DNA of 63,566 nucleotides, counting the filler, from Octopus bimaculoides (lineage: Eukaryota): NCBI RefSeq assembly GCF_001194135.2. It is 6 parts of 6 records of this genome, joined end to end, with 100 filler letters (N's around TTAATTAATTAA, not from the genome) between each part and the next. Parts side by side here need not be neighbours in the genome. Positions count along the whole stretch, not along the records: positions 1 to 27,232 come from NC_068981.1; 5 more parts are not named here. The stretch is one strand, 5' to 3'. The translations under genes and the position numbers were made by a program. The stretch's first letter is position 1, and each line of letters starts with the position of its first letter. The notes under the pieces are model-generated. The model saw only the letters and a program-made list of their open reading frames with translations. It searched no databases and was not told the origin of the DNA. Shown here in pieces: positions 12,713 to 26,124 of the stretch.

Positions 12713-13316
12713 CCCTTTAGCATTTAAACCGGCCAAAATAGTTTTGCTTCTTTTATGCTCAAATTGACCAGATCCAGCATTTCACTCCTATCCTACAATG
12801 TCATTGTAGAAAATAAACAATCTCGTCATTGAAATTTTGAAGCCACGAGATAATGCATGTTTAATTCAAAACAATGTGTTTAAATAAGCATTACATTTGA
12901 CAGATTGGAGGCGCAATGGCCCAGTGGTTAGGGCAGCGGACTCACGGTCATAGGATCGCGGTTTCGATTCCCAGACCGGGCGTTGTGAGTGTTTATTGAG
13001 CGAAAACACCTAAAGTTCCTTGAGGCTCCAGCAGGGGATGGTGGCGAACCCTGCTATACTCTTTCACCACAACTTTCTCTCACTCTTACTTCCTGTTTCT
13101 GTTGTGCCTGTAATTCAAAGAGTCAGCCTTGTCACAATGTGTCACGCTGAATATCCCCGAGAACTACGTTAAGGGTACACATTTCTGTGGCGTACTCAGC
13201 CACTTGCACGTTAATTTCTCGAGCAGGCTGTTCCGTTGACTGGATCAACTGGAACCCTCGTCGTCGTAAGCGACGGAGTGCCAACAACATTTGACAGTTA
13301 TCTGAATACTAAACGA
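12713..13316. mobile_element. piggyBac-like MITE interrupted by a family A SINE
   Basis: TTAA followed by CCCTTTAGCATTT at 12709-12725; degenerate inverted end gaatactaaacga-ttac at ~13304-13320. Confidence 0.5.
12907..13286 (+). mobile_element. SINE family A with 11-bp TSD
   Basis: Full head to tail; TSD ACATTTGACAG at 12893-12903 and 13287-13297. Confidence 0.96.
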
Positions 13317-14589
13317 TTACAGCAAACATATAGAAGATTATATATTATGAATATTTATCTTACCGAGTCCCAGTACTTTGAAAAATAGAGTGACCTCACT
13401 CACAATTTGAATTTGGTACCAAAAGAGATAAAACTAAATTCGATAATGAACTGAGTTTGGTTATTCTTAGCCACTAATTCTACGTCTCCCTTGTATTAAT
13501 TAACATCATATCTGATTCCTTCACTAAAAAATCTAATGGTTTGAGGCCCAGACTGTGCTGTTATCGATAAGTCACTATTATCAATAAAATTACATTTGGC
13601 ATTTAACTAGTTTACACTATTAAGTTATTTAATATTGCCTGTAGCCATTTTCATACCACTGTTAGCACTCAACCGTACCTCTCGTTGAAAGCCAATCCAC
13701 ACTCATCAGCCTAAATTATCTACGACATACAGCAAAACGATTAATTACATTCCTCACCTGACAGCGATTTTACTTCCTTTGTTTATTAAACCGTGATATT
13801 ACATATTCTACACACAGCATACATTCACATAGCAAAAGAATGACACATTCACATACAAACGTGCTCACGTACACCACTGTGAGATTTATTTATTTATTTA
13901 TTTATTTATTGTTTACTTCTTTTTATTGTTCTTGTTTTTCAAAGTGTATTGAATTTAATTTACAATTTATACAATCGAAGAAATAGTTACAACTCGATAT
14001 GTGGATACAACCACCTGTTTTTAAGTTGATAGACATGCGCTAAATTTTTGTAAATGTCACACAGACGTCTGAAGTAAATAATGTGAATATTGTGTGTCTA
14101 GCTCCTTACATAACCGCTTGAAGAAATTTAACATTATTGATGCTTCTAATGCCATTGGCAAAGCCATTAAAACGCACGCCTTAGCACTTGCTCAACCCTT
14201 AAAGATATAAAGAGTTTCACTAGGGAAAAGAAACTGCAAAACAAGCACACAGTAGGGTGTGATTTGAAGAAGATTTGGCTATTATTTCTTGCATGTCAAG
14301 CGACCAAGTAAAAACTCCAGCTTGGCTTGCTTGAAGTGTCATAATTGTAAACAGTCCAACAGTGATGGATGGTTCGTAGATTAAATTCTGGTTTGATAAC
14401 ACTTCATTTCACTGATCATCCTAATAGCTGTAAATCTAAAGAGATAAGGAAGTTTAGATTTCTTCCAACCACTTGAAGATTTTCAAATTTTCATCAGACT
14501 ATTTTTTTTTAAACGTGCTTTTGATCTAGTTTTGCACGCGGATGACAAGAATCGCATTGGGTTTGTTTTTTTTGGTGGGGGGGCGCTGT

Positions 14590-15236
14590 GGTAGAAAGCT
14601 AGCTTCCCAATCTTATGGTTCCGGCGGGTTCAGTCCCACTGCGTAGCANNNNNNNNNNNNNNNNNNNNNNNNNNNNNNNNNNNNNNNNNNNNNNNNNNNN
14701 NNNNNNNNNNNNNNNNNNNNNNNNNNNNNNNNNNNNNNNNNNNNNNNNNNNNNNNNNNNNNNNNNNNNNNNNNNNNNNNNNNNNNNNNNNNNNNNNNNNN
14801 NNNNNNNNNNNNNNNNNNNNNNNNNNNNNNNNNNNNNNNNNNNNNNNNNNNNNNNNNNNNNNNNNNNNNNNNNNNNNNNNNNNNNNNNNNNNNNNNNNNN
14901 NNNNNNNNNNNNNNNNNNNNNNNNNNNNNNNNNNNNNNNNNNNNNNNNNNNNNNNNNNNNNNNNNNNNNNNNNNNNNNNNNNNNNNNNNNNNNNNNNNNN
15001 NNNNNNNNNNNNNNNNNNNNNNNNNNNNNNNNNNNNNNNNNNNNNNNNNNNNNNNNNNNNNNNNNNNNNNNNNNNNNNNNNNNNNNNNNNNNNNNNNNNN
15101 NNNNNNNNNNNNNNNNNNNNNNNNNNNNNNNNNNNNNNNNNNNNNNNNNNNNNNNNNNNNNNNNNNNNNNNNNNNNNNNNNNNNNNNNNNNNNNNNNNNN
15201 NNNNNNNNNNNNNNNNNNNNNNNNNNNNNNNNNNNN

Positions 15237-15289
<53 letters not shown>

Positions 15290-15425
15290 CATATACATAC
15301 GACGGGCTTCTTTCAGTTTCCGTCTACCAAATCCACTCACAAGGCTTTGGTCGGCCCGAGGCTATAGTAGAAGACACTTGCCCAAGGTGCCACGCTGTGG
15401 GAATGAACCCGGAATCATGTGGTAA
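14590..15425. mobile_element. SINE family C fragments flanking an N gap (+ head 14590-14648, - head 15298-15425)
   Basis: ggttccggcgggttcagtcccactgcgt; ttcagtttccgtctaccaaatccactcacaaggctttggtcggcccgaggctatagtagaagacacttgccc. Confidence 0.8.
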
Positions 15426-15918
15426 ACTTTTATCGAACTGGTGACTCTTAAAACATCCGCCGAACCCCAATAAATGTTATCAATAACACTTGTTGGCCCC
15501 TCCTGAAGCGTGGAAATAAACGGTGCTGTGACACAAGTTTCGTCTTATTTGCATTCTAGACATTGTGATGTAATTTCAGAAAGATTTGGCTGTTATTTCT
15601 AGCAGACCGCGAGACTATGCAAATGTTTCGTGTAAGCAGTTCCGACCTCTCTAGCGTTGGAGATGACCAACTGGTTAAAATTACATAATTTTACATGCTT
15701 ATAACTTCTTTATTATCAATTTCTAGAGAAAATGAATGCGAGTTTCGTCATCAGCAAGCAAAAACTACATCAGATCTATATTTTGAAAAAATAATTTGGT
15801 GAAAATTTGAAAAACTTCATATGGTTGGAGGAATTTAACAAGATCCGAGATATAAACATTGCAGTTCTAAATCTTCACTGGAAATTGTGTCTAACAGAAA
15901 GAACTGTTGCTCTAAAGG

Positions 15919-16610
15919 CAGTTATTCTCAATTGGGGTCGATATGAGCCCACGCAAACAAAATAGCAAATTGGGGACCGTAGTAGTATATTAAGGGTCCG
16001 TGAAAAAAATGTTGCTTTATATGTATTTATTGCAACAACTAGTGGAGGCGCAATGGCCCAGTGGTTAGGGCAGCGGATTCGCGGTCGTAGGATCGCGGTT
16101 TCGATTCCCAGACCGGGCGTTCTGAGTGTTTATTGAGCGAAAACACCTAAAGCTCCACGAGGCTCCAGCAGGGGATGGTGGCGAACCCTGCTGTACTCTT
16201 TCACCACGACTTTCTCTCACTCTTTCTTCCTGTTTCTATTGTACCTGTATTTCAAAGGGTCAGCCTTGTCACACGCTGAGTCTCCCCGAGAACTACGTTA
16301 AGGGTACACGTGTCTGTGGAGTGCTCAGCCACTTGCACGTTAATTTCACGAGCAGGCTGTTCCGCTGATTGGATCAACTGGAACCCTCGTCGTCGTAACC
16401 GACGGAGTGTCAACCATTGCAACAACTAGATTTCTTTCTCTAACGTGTTACATAGTTCAACCTACACAAGTCAATGTGTGAAAAACAAAATAGGAAATTT
16501 GAAAGTATCTATAAAACTAGCTTTTAAATATCGAATGATCACAGGGTAGGGTCCCCCCGAGTAAAATAGTAATAAAAGGGGTCCATTTGTAAAATGGTTG
16601 AAAATCACTG
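15919..16610. mobile_element. hAT-like (Charlie/MER5-type ends) MITE containing a family A SINE
   Basis: Ends CAGTTATTCTCAA and TTGAAAATCACTG are inverted repeats; ggggtcc subterminal motifs; no matching 8-bp TSD found. Confidence 0.55.
16044..16415 (+). mobile_element. SINE family A with 14-bp TSD
   Basis: TSD ATTGCAACAACTAG at 16029-16042 and 16416-16429. Confidence 0.96.
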
Positions 16611-17294
16611 CAGTTTGGTCAGTCTTACAGCTTTCATCAATTTGAATTCAGATAAACTTTTGGAGAACTGACGCATTTTCGAAAAATCTATAACGTTAGA
16701 TTTTTTTATTGTGAGGAGCGACTGAGATGATCGACCTGAAAATGAAAGGATTTTGTGGGAATTTGCTTTGAGGATATTGAAGTTATGTTGTATTTTCACA
16801 TGTATTGATTATCGATTTATGAATATAGAAAAATGATCGAATTTAAAATAAAAGATTGATAACATTTACAAAGACTATTGCTAACGCTATGGTGACCTCC
16901 AACGGTTGACCAAAATAAAATAGCAGGAATGTGACTATAGTTTTCCAGGCACTGTTTTATGGCACTCTCAGTAATCTGCCAACCAAGACATAAGGAAATC
17001 GACCTACAAGGATATGAAAGTGGGTATCCTTTCAGAACCATAGGGATGACTGCTGGTGAACTTTGGACGCTGATAATATAAAAAAAAAAACACAGAACAT
17101 GTTACGCGTCCGTCATGGCGCCCTACGCAAATGCAAGATTTAAGCGATAAATAATGACGATGAGGACGACTTTCTGTTATAGTCAAAATTATCAATTAGC
17201 CCCCTCCCTCCAAAATTTCAGACCTTCTGCCTATAGTAGAAAGGATAGAAAGGATTATAATCTAAATATTTGGTCGGAAGTACTATTATACGTA

Positions 17295-17912
17295 TATTTG
17301 TTTCAAATTTTAGCACAAGGCCAACGATTGTATGTAGAGGGGCTAAATCGATTGCATCACCCCCAGTACTTGGCTGGTACTTTATTTTATTGACCTCTGA
17401 AAGGAGGAAAGCCAAAATTGTTTGCGGAGGGATTTGAATATAGAACATAAAGAACCGGAAGAAGTACTACTGCTAAGCATTTTGTCCGACGCGCTTACAA
17501 TCCAGAATGTTCGCCGCCTTTCATTGTTATGCGTATTTTTCTTTCTTTCTAGAAAGCACAAGGACTGACATTCAGAGGAAAGGGCTAGCTGATTGCATTG
17601 ATCCCAGTACCCAACTGTTAATTATTTTATCGACCTCGAAAGGACGAAAAGTAAAGTCGACCTCGGTGGAATACGAACTCGTTGTTATATGCATTATCGG
17701 TTCCAAATTTTGGCATAAAGCCAGCAATTTCAGAGAGGGAGCAAGTCGATTACATCGACTCCAGTGCTCAACTGGTACTTATTTTATCGACCCCGAAAGA
17801 ATGAAAAAACAAAGTCGACCTCGACAGCATTTGAACTCAGAAGATAAAGGCAGGCGAAATGCCGCTAAGCATTTTTCCCGTTGTGTTAACGACTCTGCCG
17901 GCTCACCGCCTT
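17295..17912 (-). mobile_element. Cluster of three co-oriented family B SINE copies
   Basis: Repeated ccccagtac...ggtacttatttt..tcgac...gaaagg and tttgaactcaga motifs at ~17295-17505, 17555-17690 and 17698-17912. Confidence 0.85.
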
Positions 17913-19099
17913 TTTCGCTACCTGTATATTAACACCTATTTTGTTACTTATTCTTTTAGAGTATAGTCGACTAAATTTTTGCCCAGAAAGCAATTTGATC
18001 CAACAATATAGATTCTCTTTTTCATCACTTAAGAGCAAATTCGTTTTAACACAAGCAAATTTGTACGGAAGAATATTTCATCCAACGAGAGCATTAAAAA
18101 ATCCAATGACATCCCGTGTTTCCCTACAACGCCAGATTTATTCCTGTTAGATAAACTGACAACACAAATATGATTGTCGACAGCTAGATCTATAATTACA
18201 AGTCCTGCCAGGTTTCTAATAACTAGTCTCTGTCAGTCAAGTTATATCAATGAACAAGGTTTAACAAGTAAACTCCGATCTGGCAACAGTGTGAATTCAT
18301 TTAAGAACGGTCAGTTTTTGCGGTAGCTGCTATATACTATGTATTTAATTGAAGAATGAGTGATAGAAAATGATAAAGAGTAATGACATTTCTATTCAAT
18401 GTCCAGCAAAGCTAAATGTATATAAGGACCGATAGTGAGTTAACTGATGTTTAGCTAATCGCCAACGAAATAGCAAGCGCATCATGTCAGTGTCTCTAGC
18501 GGGGAGGAAATGGGCGCATGGCGTTTAATAAAGAATATCCCCAGGATAATTCTTGTCTAGTAAATAAATATGGTCACTCAGTGAGCGGTGCTGAAAATGC
18601 TTTAAATAGGAGGATATATTGAGAAAGTAAAGGACATCTGAGAGAAAAGACGTGAAATTGATACAGTTACTCCTGGCTCAGCCCTCATACGGAGACATAA
18701 GGGAAAGACAATGCCAGGGAATCACACAGATGAAATAGAAAAAAAAAGAAAGAACTTTTCTTACAGTTTTTAATTTAATCATTCATTTTTTTTTTTTCAT
18801 TTTTATCTTTATTTTACGTATTGTTTTCTTCTTACTTAATTCTTTAATAATTAAAGAGCCAGTAGGGGGGTTTTGCCAGTTGGATTGGTCAGGATACATC
18901 AGATAATTGTCTCGGATCGTCCGGGTCTTTTCTCACACGACAAACAGACAGACGGTCGATAAAGCAATAGTTTCTAACACTTAGTTGATTGACGTTGCGG
19001 TAAGTCTAAAGCTATCAACTCCTGACAAGTTTTTTTTTTGTGTCGTTTTTTTTTTCTATTTTATTTTATTTTTCGTTGTGGTGGTGATATTGAATCAAA

Positions 19100-19161
19100 G
19101 AACAGCTACGGACAGCGACAACAACAACAACAACAACATGGATCTTTTAGAATAGCAACAA

Positions 19162-19192
<31 letters not shown>

Positions 19193-19385
19193 AACAATAT
19201 GGATTTACAATAACAACACTCTTAAGAACAGTACACCTTCAACATCAACAAATCAAATCAACTTCATTCTGTTCCCTAGCGTGCCATGCCATAAACAGAA
19301 AACATAAACATTGACATCAAGAACAATGTTATCTAGACCATTAGCAGCAACATCAGCAACGAAAACAACCACCACCACCACCACC

Positions 19386-19420
<35 letters not shown>

Positions 19421-20426
19421 TATTTAGCATTTTTTTAAAAATAACAAAGACAATGCCAGGAAAAAAGTGGTTATGTTTTACGATTTCTAAAAATCCTTAA
19501 TTTATTTGATAATTATATTTTTTGTCTATTTCTGGTCACAATAATATAGCAATGTNNNNNNNNNNNNNNNNNNNNNNNNNNNNNNGTAAAGGTGGTGGTG
19601 GTGGTGGTGGCAGTGGTAAAGGTGGTGGTGGTGGTGGTGGTAAAGGTTGTGATGGTGTAGTGATTCTGGTAAGGTATAGTGGTTGCAGGAGTGGTTTGAG
19701 TGGTTATGGTGAGGAAAATGGCTTCTGTAGTGGCGGTGCTAGTTGTCGTTGCGTACATGGTGGTGGTGGTGATGGTGGTGGTGATGGTAGTGAAAGATTT
19801 TGTGGTATTATTGGTTTATATCGTGGTGGTGGTGTCGACGGTTGTTGAGGTGATAGTGGTAATGTTGATTGTGGCGATGGCAGTAGTGTTGGCGGTAGTG
19901 GTAGTAGTAGTTAGAGGCTCCTCTCTTTTTTAGCTGTTTCCCCTTCCTCCCTCCTCTTAGCCCATTTCTTCTTCTTTTTCTTCTTCTTCTTCTTCTTCTT
20001 CTTCTTCTTCTCTACCTTCTTTTCCACCGTTTTCATCTTTTCCTTTTCCTTCTACTCCTCTAACTTTTTCTTCTCCTTCTTATCCTTCCCCCCCCTTTCC
20101 ATCTTTTCTCTTTTCTTTTTCTTCTTCTCCTCCTACTTCTTCCTCGTCTCCTTTCTTCACCTGCCCTGCCTCCACCTCCTCCATCTCCTTCTTTTCCTTT
20201 TTTTCTTTTCTCCTTCTCCTCCTCCTTCTCTTCCCCCACCTCCTCCATACACTTTTTCTCTTTTTTTTTCTCCTCCTCCTCTTCCTCCGCCTCCTTCTCC
20301 TCCCTCTCCTTCTTCTTCACCACTACTACTATTACGAGCATCACTAATACTATCACCTATCATCAACACCACCAACTCAACTACTTCTAATACTACTTTT
20401 ACCACTATATACAACTACAACTACCA

Positions 20427-20463
<37 letters not shown>

Positions 20464-20636
20464 CACTACTACAACTACTGCATGCACATACAATCTCTCT
20501 CTCTCTCCCTCTCTCTCCCTCTCTCTCCCTCTCCCTCACTCNNNNNNNNNNTGCATGCACATACAATCTCTCTCTCTCTCCCTCTCTCTCCCTCTCTCTC
20601 CCTCTCCCTCACTCCCTCTCTCCCTCTATCTCTATA

Positions 20637-20665
<29 letters not shown>
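19100..20665. repeat. Low-complexity block: (AAC)n, (GGT)n, polypyrimidine (CTT/CCT)n, (ACT)n, (CT)n
   Basis: Direct reading; where translated by hand (19560-19910 minus) all three frames contain stops. Confidence 0.9.
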
Positions 20666-20668
<3 letters not shown>

Positions 20669-21013
20669 TGCAATAAAATTGCTTCCTCGGGTTTGATGGT
20701 ATATGCGGCATCTCCATGGGAACTGTCAACCTAGCTGTTCGTTTAGCTTATCACCGTGACTGTAATAGTGCAATCGTTAATGGTAAAAAGAGAGAAACGT
20801 GTGTGGCGGGATGGAGAGCTAAGACTGGTCGTGGATGTTGTTACTGTTTTTGATGTGGTGATGGTGGTGGTAGAAAATGATGACGGTGGTGATAGGTTTG
20901 ATTGCAGCAGGACAGAAAGGGCTACAAACAGAATGGTGTCTGGCTGAGAGACACACGTGGCTTAATCTTTAGGTTGTGGTGATGACGTGAAGACGGTTAG
21001 ATAGATAGAGAGA

Positions 21014-21102
<89 letters not shown>

Positions 21103-21613
21103 NNNNNNNNNNNNNNNNNNNNNNNNNNNNNNNNNNNNNNNNNNNNNNNNNNNNNNNNNNNNNNNNNNNNNNNNNNNNNNNNNNNNNNNNNNNNNNNNNN
21201 NNNNNNNNNNNNNNNNNNNNNNNNNNNNNNNNNNNNNNNNNNNNNNNNNNNNNNNNNNNNNNNNNNNNNNNNNNNNNNNNNNNNNNNNNNNNNNNNNNNN
21301 NNNNNNNNNNNNNNNNNNNNNNNNNNNNNNNNNNNNNNNNNNNNNNNNNNNNNNNNNNNNNNNNNNNNNNNNNNNNNNNNNNNNNNNNNNNNNNNNNNNN
21401 NNNNNNNNNNNNNNNNNNNNNNNNNNNNNNNNNNNNNNNNNNNNNNNNNNNNNNNNNNNNNNNNNNNNNNNNNNNNNNNNNNNNNNNNNNNNNNNNNNNN
21501 NNNNNNNNNNNNNNNNNNNNNNNNNNNNNNNNNNNNNNNNNNNNNNNNNNNNNNNNNNNNNNNNNNNNNNNNNNNNNNNNNNNNNNNNNNNNNNNNNNNN
21601 NNNNNNNNNNNNN

Positions 21614-21664
<51 letters not shown>

Positions 21665-21922
21665 CAGCAGGCGTGTGGCCGTGTCTCCTACCTATGTTTA
21701 CACTCTGAAAACTGAAGTTCATTATGTTTCTGACCCATTATGTACCGCAACCTAGCTCTTCCGACAAGTAGAGATCGATAAATAAGTATCATACAGAAAT
21801 AAGTATTTTACGGTAGTGCCCTTCATGTAACTGCAGTCATATGACTGTGAGACCATCAATATAATACGTGAGTCCGCATGTATAGCACACACGCACTCGG
21901 AAGGGTACTAACGCGGACTTAC

Positions 21923-22050
21923 CTTGAAGGATGAAGCGAAAAACAAAAAAAAACAGCCGGAAATTCATAAATTGCACCCGAGAAAAGCGACACTATCGTT
22001 GAGTAAGACTTGGATAAAAGCTTTGTAGTATGCTATGCAAAGCTCGTCTA
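21923..22050 (-). other. Possible non-coding (5' UTR) exon ending in a consensus splice donor
   Basis: Reverse complement ...ttcatccttcaag|GTAAGTcc (GT at 21922-21921) in unique, CpG-containing sequence; the 5' boundary is a guess. Confidence 0.25.
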
Positions 22051-22188
22051 CAGTTATCGGCTAACCGATGTCATCATACAATGAGAATGCTCTTGTTACT
22101 GTTTGTCATCATATAGTGAGAATGCTCTTGATACTGTATGTAAATCAGGAATTCCAAAGTATTCATTCGTTTAATGTTTAATCCAGCG

Positions 22189-22224
<36 letters not shown>

Positions 22225-23024
22225 ATAATATAGGGATCAGCAAAAGTTGCTTCACCAACATACTGAAAATTTAGAAACAGCAGTTAAAAAACTACAAATT
22301 CTACTACAATTAAGTCTCCAACAGATTGCGATATTCNNNNNNNNNNNNNNNNNNNNNNNNNNNNNNNNNNNNNNNNNNNNNNNNNNNNNNNNNNNNNNNN
22401 NNNNNNNNNNNNNNNNNNNNNNNNNNNNNNNNNNNNNNNNNNNNNNNNNNNNNNNNNNNNNNNNNNNNNNNNNNNNNNNNNNNNNNNNNNNNNNNNNNNN
22501 NNNNNNNNNNNNNNNNNNNNNNNNNNNNNNNNNNNNNNNNNNNNNNNNNNNNNNNNNNNNNNNNNNNNNNNNNNNNNNNNNNNNNNNNNNNNNNNNNNNN
22601 NNNNNNNNNNNNNNNNNNNNNNNNNNNNNNNNNNNNNNNNNNNNNNNNNNNNNNNNNNNNNNNNNNNNNNNNNNNNNNNNNNNNNNNNNNNNNNNNNNNN
22701 NNNNNNNNNNNNNNNNNNNNNNNNNNNNNNNNNNNNNNNNNNNNNNNNNNNNNNNNNNNNNNNNNNNNNNNNNNNNNNNNNNNNNNNNNNNNNNNNNNNN
22801 NNNNNNNNNNNNNNNNNNNNNNNNNNNNNNNNNNNNNNNNNNNNNNNNNNNNNNNNNNNNNNNNNNNNNNNNNNNNNNNNNNNNNNNNNNNNNNNNNNNN
22901 NNNNNNNNNNNNNNNNNNNNNNNNNNNNNNNNNNNNNNNNNNNNNNNNNNNNNNNNNNNNNNNNNNNNNNGTGCTTTAGCTTCGTTACTGTGGCAGCACA
23001 CCGGATACTTATTGATTAGACCAC

Positions 23025-23071
<47 letters not shown>

Positions 23072-23090
23072 ACGTACTTCTTTCAGTTTC

Positions 23091-23741
23091 CGTCGCATTG
23101 ACCATGACAGAAAGTTGTCATGGCGATACCTGCTCAGAAGCCTAAGCAAATTTGCAGAAAATGCATGAAGAGGAGTGTATGAGCCGCACGAAAGTGTACG
23201 GGTGGTTCAGACATTTCCAAGATCGAAAATTTATCGATATTGAAGAACGTTCTCGGAGACCCTCAACCAGCAAAACTGAGAAAAATATCGCAGACGTGCA
23301 TGCAGCTGTGTGGGGAAATCGTCGAATCGTCATCCATGAGTTATCAGAGGATGTGTAGATTATTTATATTTCAGTTCAGTCCGTTATCAATGAAGATTTG
23401 GGTATGAGACGCGTGTCTGCCAAGTTTGTGCCAAAGCTGCTTTCAGCTGACCAAAAAGACACTCGGGTTTCAGTTGCACAAGATCTTGAATGTGTCAAGA
23501 ACGATTAAAACTTTTTGAAAACTTTGCGTAGGCCTCTGAGCAGATATCGCAGATTCTCTGCTCAACTTTCTCTGTCATGGTTAATGTGACGACCACACCT
23601 TACACATCTTTCTTTCAAGCACTGCTGTAAACAACGGAAGTGAGCTAAAACGTTAAAAGTTAGTGCACATGCAAAGCAGAGTTTAAGGTCAATCTGTGCC
23701 AATCTGTTGCAACACTCCGGAACCTTATTGATAAGACCACA
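23091..23741. mobile_element. mariner relic with an inverted duplication of the transposase 5' end
   Basis: + strand LQKMHEEECMSRTKVYGWFRHF...RPSTSKTEKNI...LGMRRVSAKFVPKLLSADQK; - strand TIR GTGGTCTTATCAATAAGGTTCCGG (23741-23717, TA at 23742-43), 5' UTR and ATG ACA GAG AAA GTT GAG CAG AGA ATC TGC. Confidence 0.88.
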
Positions 23742-23744
23742 TAT

Positions 23745-23895
23745 ATACGACGGGCTTCTTTCAGTTTCCGTCAACCAAAACCACTCACAAGACTTTGATC
23801 GGCCCGAAGCTAGAATAGAAAATACTTGCCCATGATGCTACGCAGAGGGACTGAACCCGGAAACATGTGGCTGGCAAACAAGCTTCTTACCACAC
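23745..23895 (-). mobile_element. SINE family C head
   Basis: gacgggcttctttcagtttccgtc...gggactgaacccggaaacatgtgg. Confidence 0.85.
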
Positions 23896-24770
23896 ATATC
23901 AAACCAAGATGTTATAAATTTGTTTATCCACATAATTCTNNNNNNNNNNNNNNNNNNNNNNNNNNNNNNNNNNNNNNNNNNNNNNNNNNNNNNNNNNNNN
24001 NNNNNNNNNNNNNNNNNNNNNNNNNNNNNNNNNNNNNNNNNNNNNNNNNNNNNNNNNNNNNNNNNNNNNNNNNNNNNNNNNNNNNNNNNNNNNNNNNNNN
24101 NNNNNNNNNNNNNNNNNNNNNNNNNNNNNNNNNNNNNNNNNNNNNNNNNNNNNNNNNNNNNNNNNNNNNNNNNNNNNNNNNNNNNNNNNNNNNNNNNNNN
24201 NNNNNNNNNNNNNNNNNNNNNNNNNNNNNNNNNNNNNNNNNNNNNNNNNNNNNNNNNNNNNNNNNNNNNNNNNNNNNNNNNNNNNNNNNNNNNNNNNNNN
24301 NNNNNNNNNNNNNNNNNNNNNNNNNNNNNNNNNNNNNNNNNNNNNNNNNNNNNNNNNNNNNNNNNNNNNNNNNNNNNNNNNNNNNNNNNNNNNNNNNNNN
24401 NNNNNNNNNNNNNNNNNNNNNNNNNNNNNNNNNNNNNNNNNNNNNNNNNNNNNNNNNNNNNNNNNNNNNNNNNNNNNNNNNNNNNNNNNNNNNNNNNNNN
24501 NNNNNNNNNNNNNNNNNNNNNNNNNNNNNNNNNNNNNNNNNNNNNNNNNNNNNNNNNNNNNNNNNNNNNNNNNNNNNNNNNNNNNNNNNNNNNNNNNNNN
24601 NNNNNNNNNNNNNNNNNNNNNNNNNNNNNNNNNNNNNNNNNNNNNNNNNNNNNNNNNNNNNNNNNNNNNNNNNNNNNNNNNNNNNNNNNNNNNNNNNNNN
24701 NNNNNNNNNNNNNNNNNNNNNNNNNNNNNNNNNNNNNNNNNNNNNNNNNNNNNNNNNNNNNNNNNNNTAT

Positions 24771-25378
24771 GTTATTAAACGCTTGTAACTGTGGTATTTC
24801 GTTTGACGGTGCTTCCTGTAAATACGTATAAAGTTTTTAAAAAAACAAAAAAACATCGTATATTTCAAAGCTGGGAGAACGAAACTGACCGAGAAGACAA
24901 CAATAATAACATATCGAAATTTTGCAGCACTTCCCGACTAGTTTTAAAATATACTATGTGTTTTGTTTTTTAAAAATAATATACCTCTTTAAAAGAACCT
25001 CACTTAGACGAAATACTACAGCTACAAGCGTTTAACAACGTACGTACGTCAAGTATTTAATACATATAATGTTTACACTATTGAGCTGCTTGTAACATAA
25101 AATTTGAATTTTGTTCAGATTGTGCGGCGCTCTTTCACATCAGCAGATAGATTTTTACGCTATTTATACATAATTCTGACTAGAAATTCGAATTCAATTC
25201 GGTCGTGAGGCGAGTATATGTAAGTGAGGGGGCAGAAAATACTGCAAAATATCGATCTATATCATTCTCGTTTACTTCCAGGACGGTTACGTTACGTCTA
25301 TCGTTGAAGTATATTGTGTATTTGACATTATAGGGACCTCCCTTAGAAGAAATACCGCAGCGATAAGCGTGTAACAAC
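24771..25378. repeat. Foldback-like element with three copies of a ~45-50 bp motif
   Basis: 24771-24822 (+), 24997-25039 (-), 25327-25378 (-); copies 1 and 3 match at 36/50 positions by manual count. Confidence 0.65.
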
Positions 25379-26124
25379 ACATATACATTAAGTATGCGAT
25401 ATCGGTAACGCTTATGTATTTCCTTATTATAAGGGAGCAAAGGCCAAAATGAATATATGTATATGTGTGTGCTCGTGTTTGTATATGCGTGTACAAGTGT
25501 GTATGTGTGTGTGTGTGTGTTTGTATACGTGTGCTTGTGTATGTGCGTGTGCATGCGTGTGTGTGCGTGCGCGGCGAGCGTGCGTATGTGTGTGTGTAAC
25601 GAAAAAGTTTTTAATAGAAATACATAAAAGGTTAGTAATGGTAGCTTACCTAATATAGATCCACAAATATTAAACTTAAGCAAAGATGTACGCATTAACA
25701 CTTCCCAAGATGGCTGTATATCAACAAATCAGAGCAAGTGTCATTAGATATTTTTCATCTAGATATACGCCAGACCTAACAAAATAACAAAATAGCCAAA
25801 CAATATTCAGTGGAGCATTGACGGTATGAACATTAACGATCCCCGGAGACTTACCGAGAATGCCATGGACACTGGATGGTCCTCCAGATCCAGGAAAAGC
25901 AAAAATGAATGAATATAAGAAATATAAAGCCTCAAGTATTATGTAATATACGATGAAATAAAAGTGACGATGATGACTCAGAACGTCTTTGATGTTAGGT
26001 CTACTGTGTCATAGCTGCGTTCACAATAAAGAATAACAACAGCTTATACATTTAGATCAGTTACAGGGGGAAACAGGATGAAATTTACATAAAATTTTAC
26101 AAAAAAAAAGAAAAGAAAGAGCAA

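Noticed and set aside
12907-12980. SINE heads as tRNA genes
   Set aside because: A/B boxes are present, but the sequence continues into SINE bodies with TSDs and no acceptor stem closes
20700-20990. Minus-strand S/T-rich open frame and MEMPHIPSNPRKQFYC ORF
   Set aside because: The first lacks ATG and convincing splice support; the second runs into (GA)n
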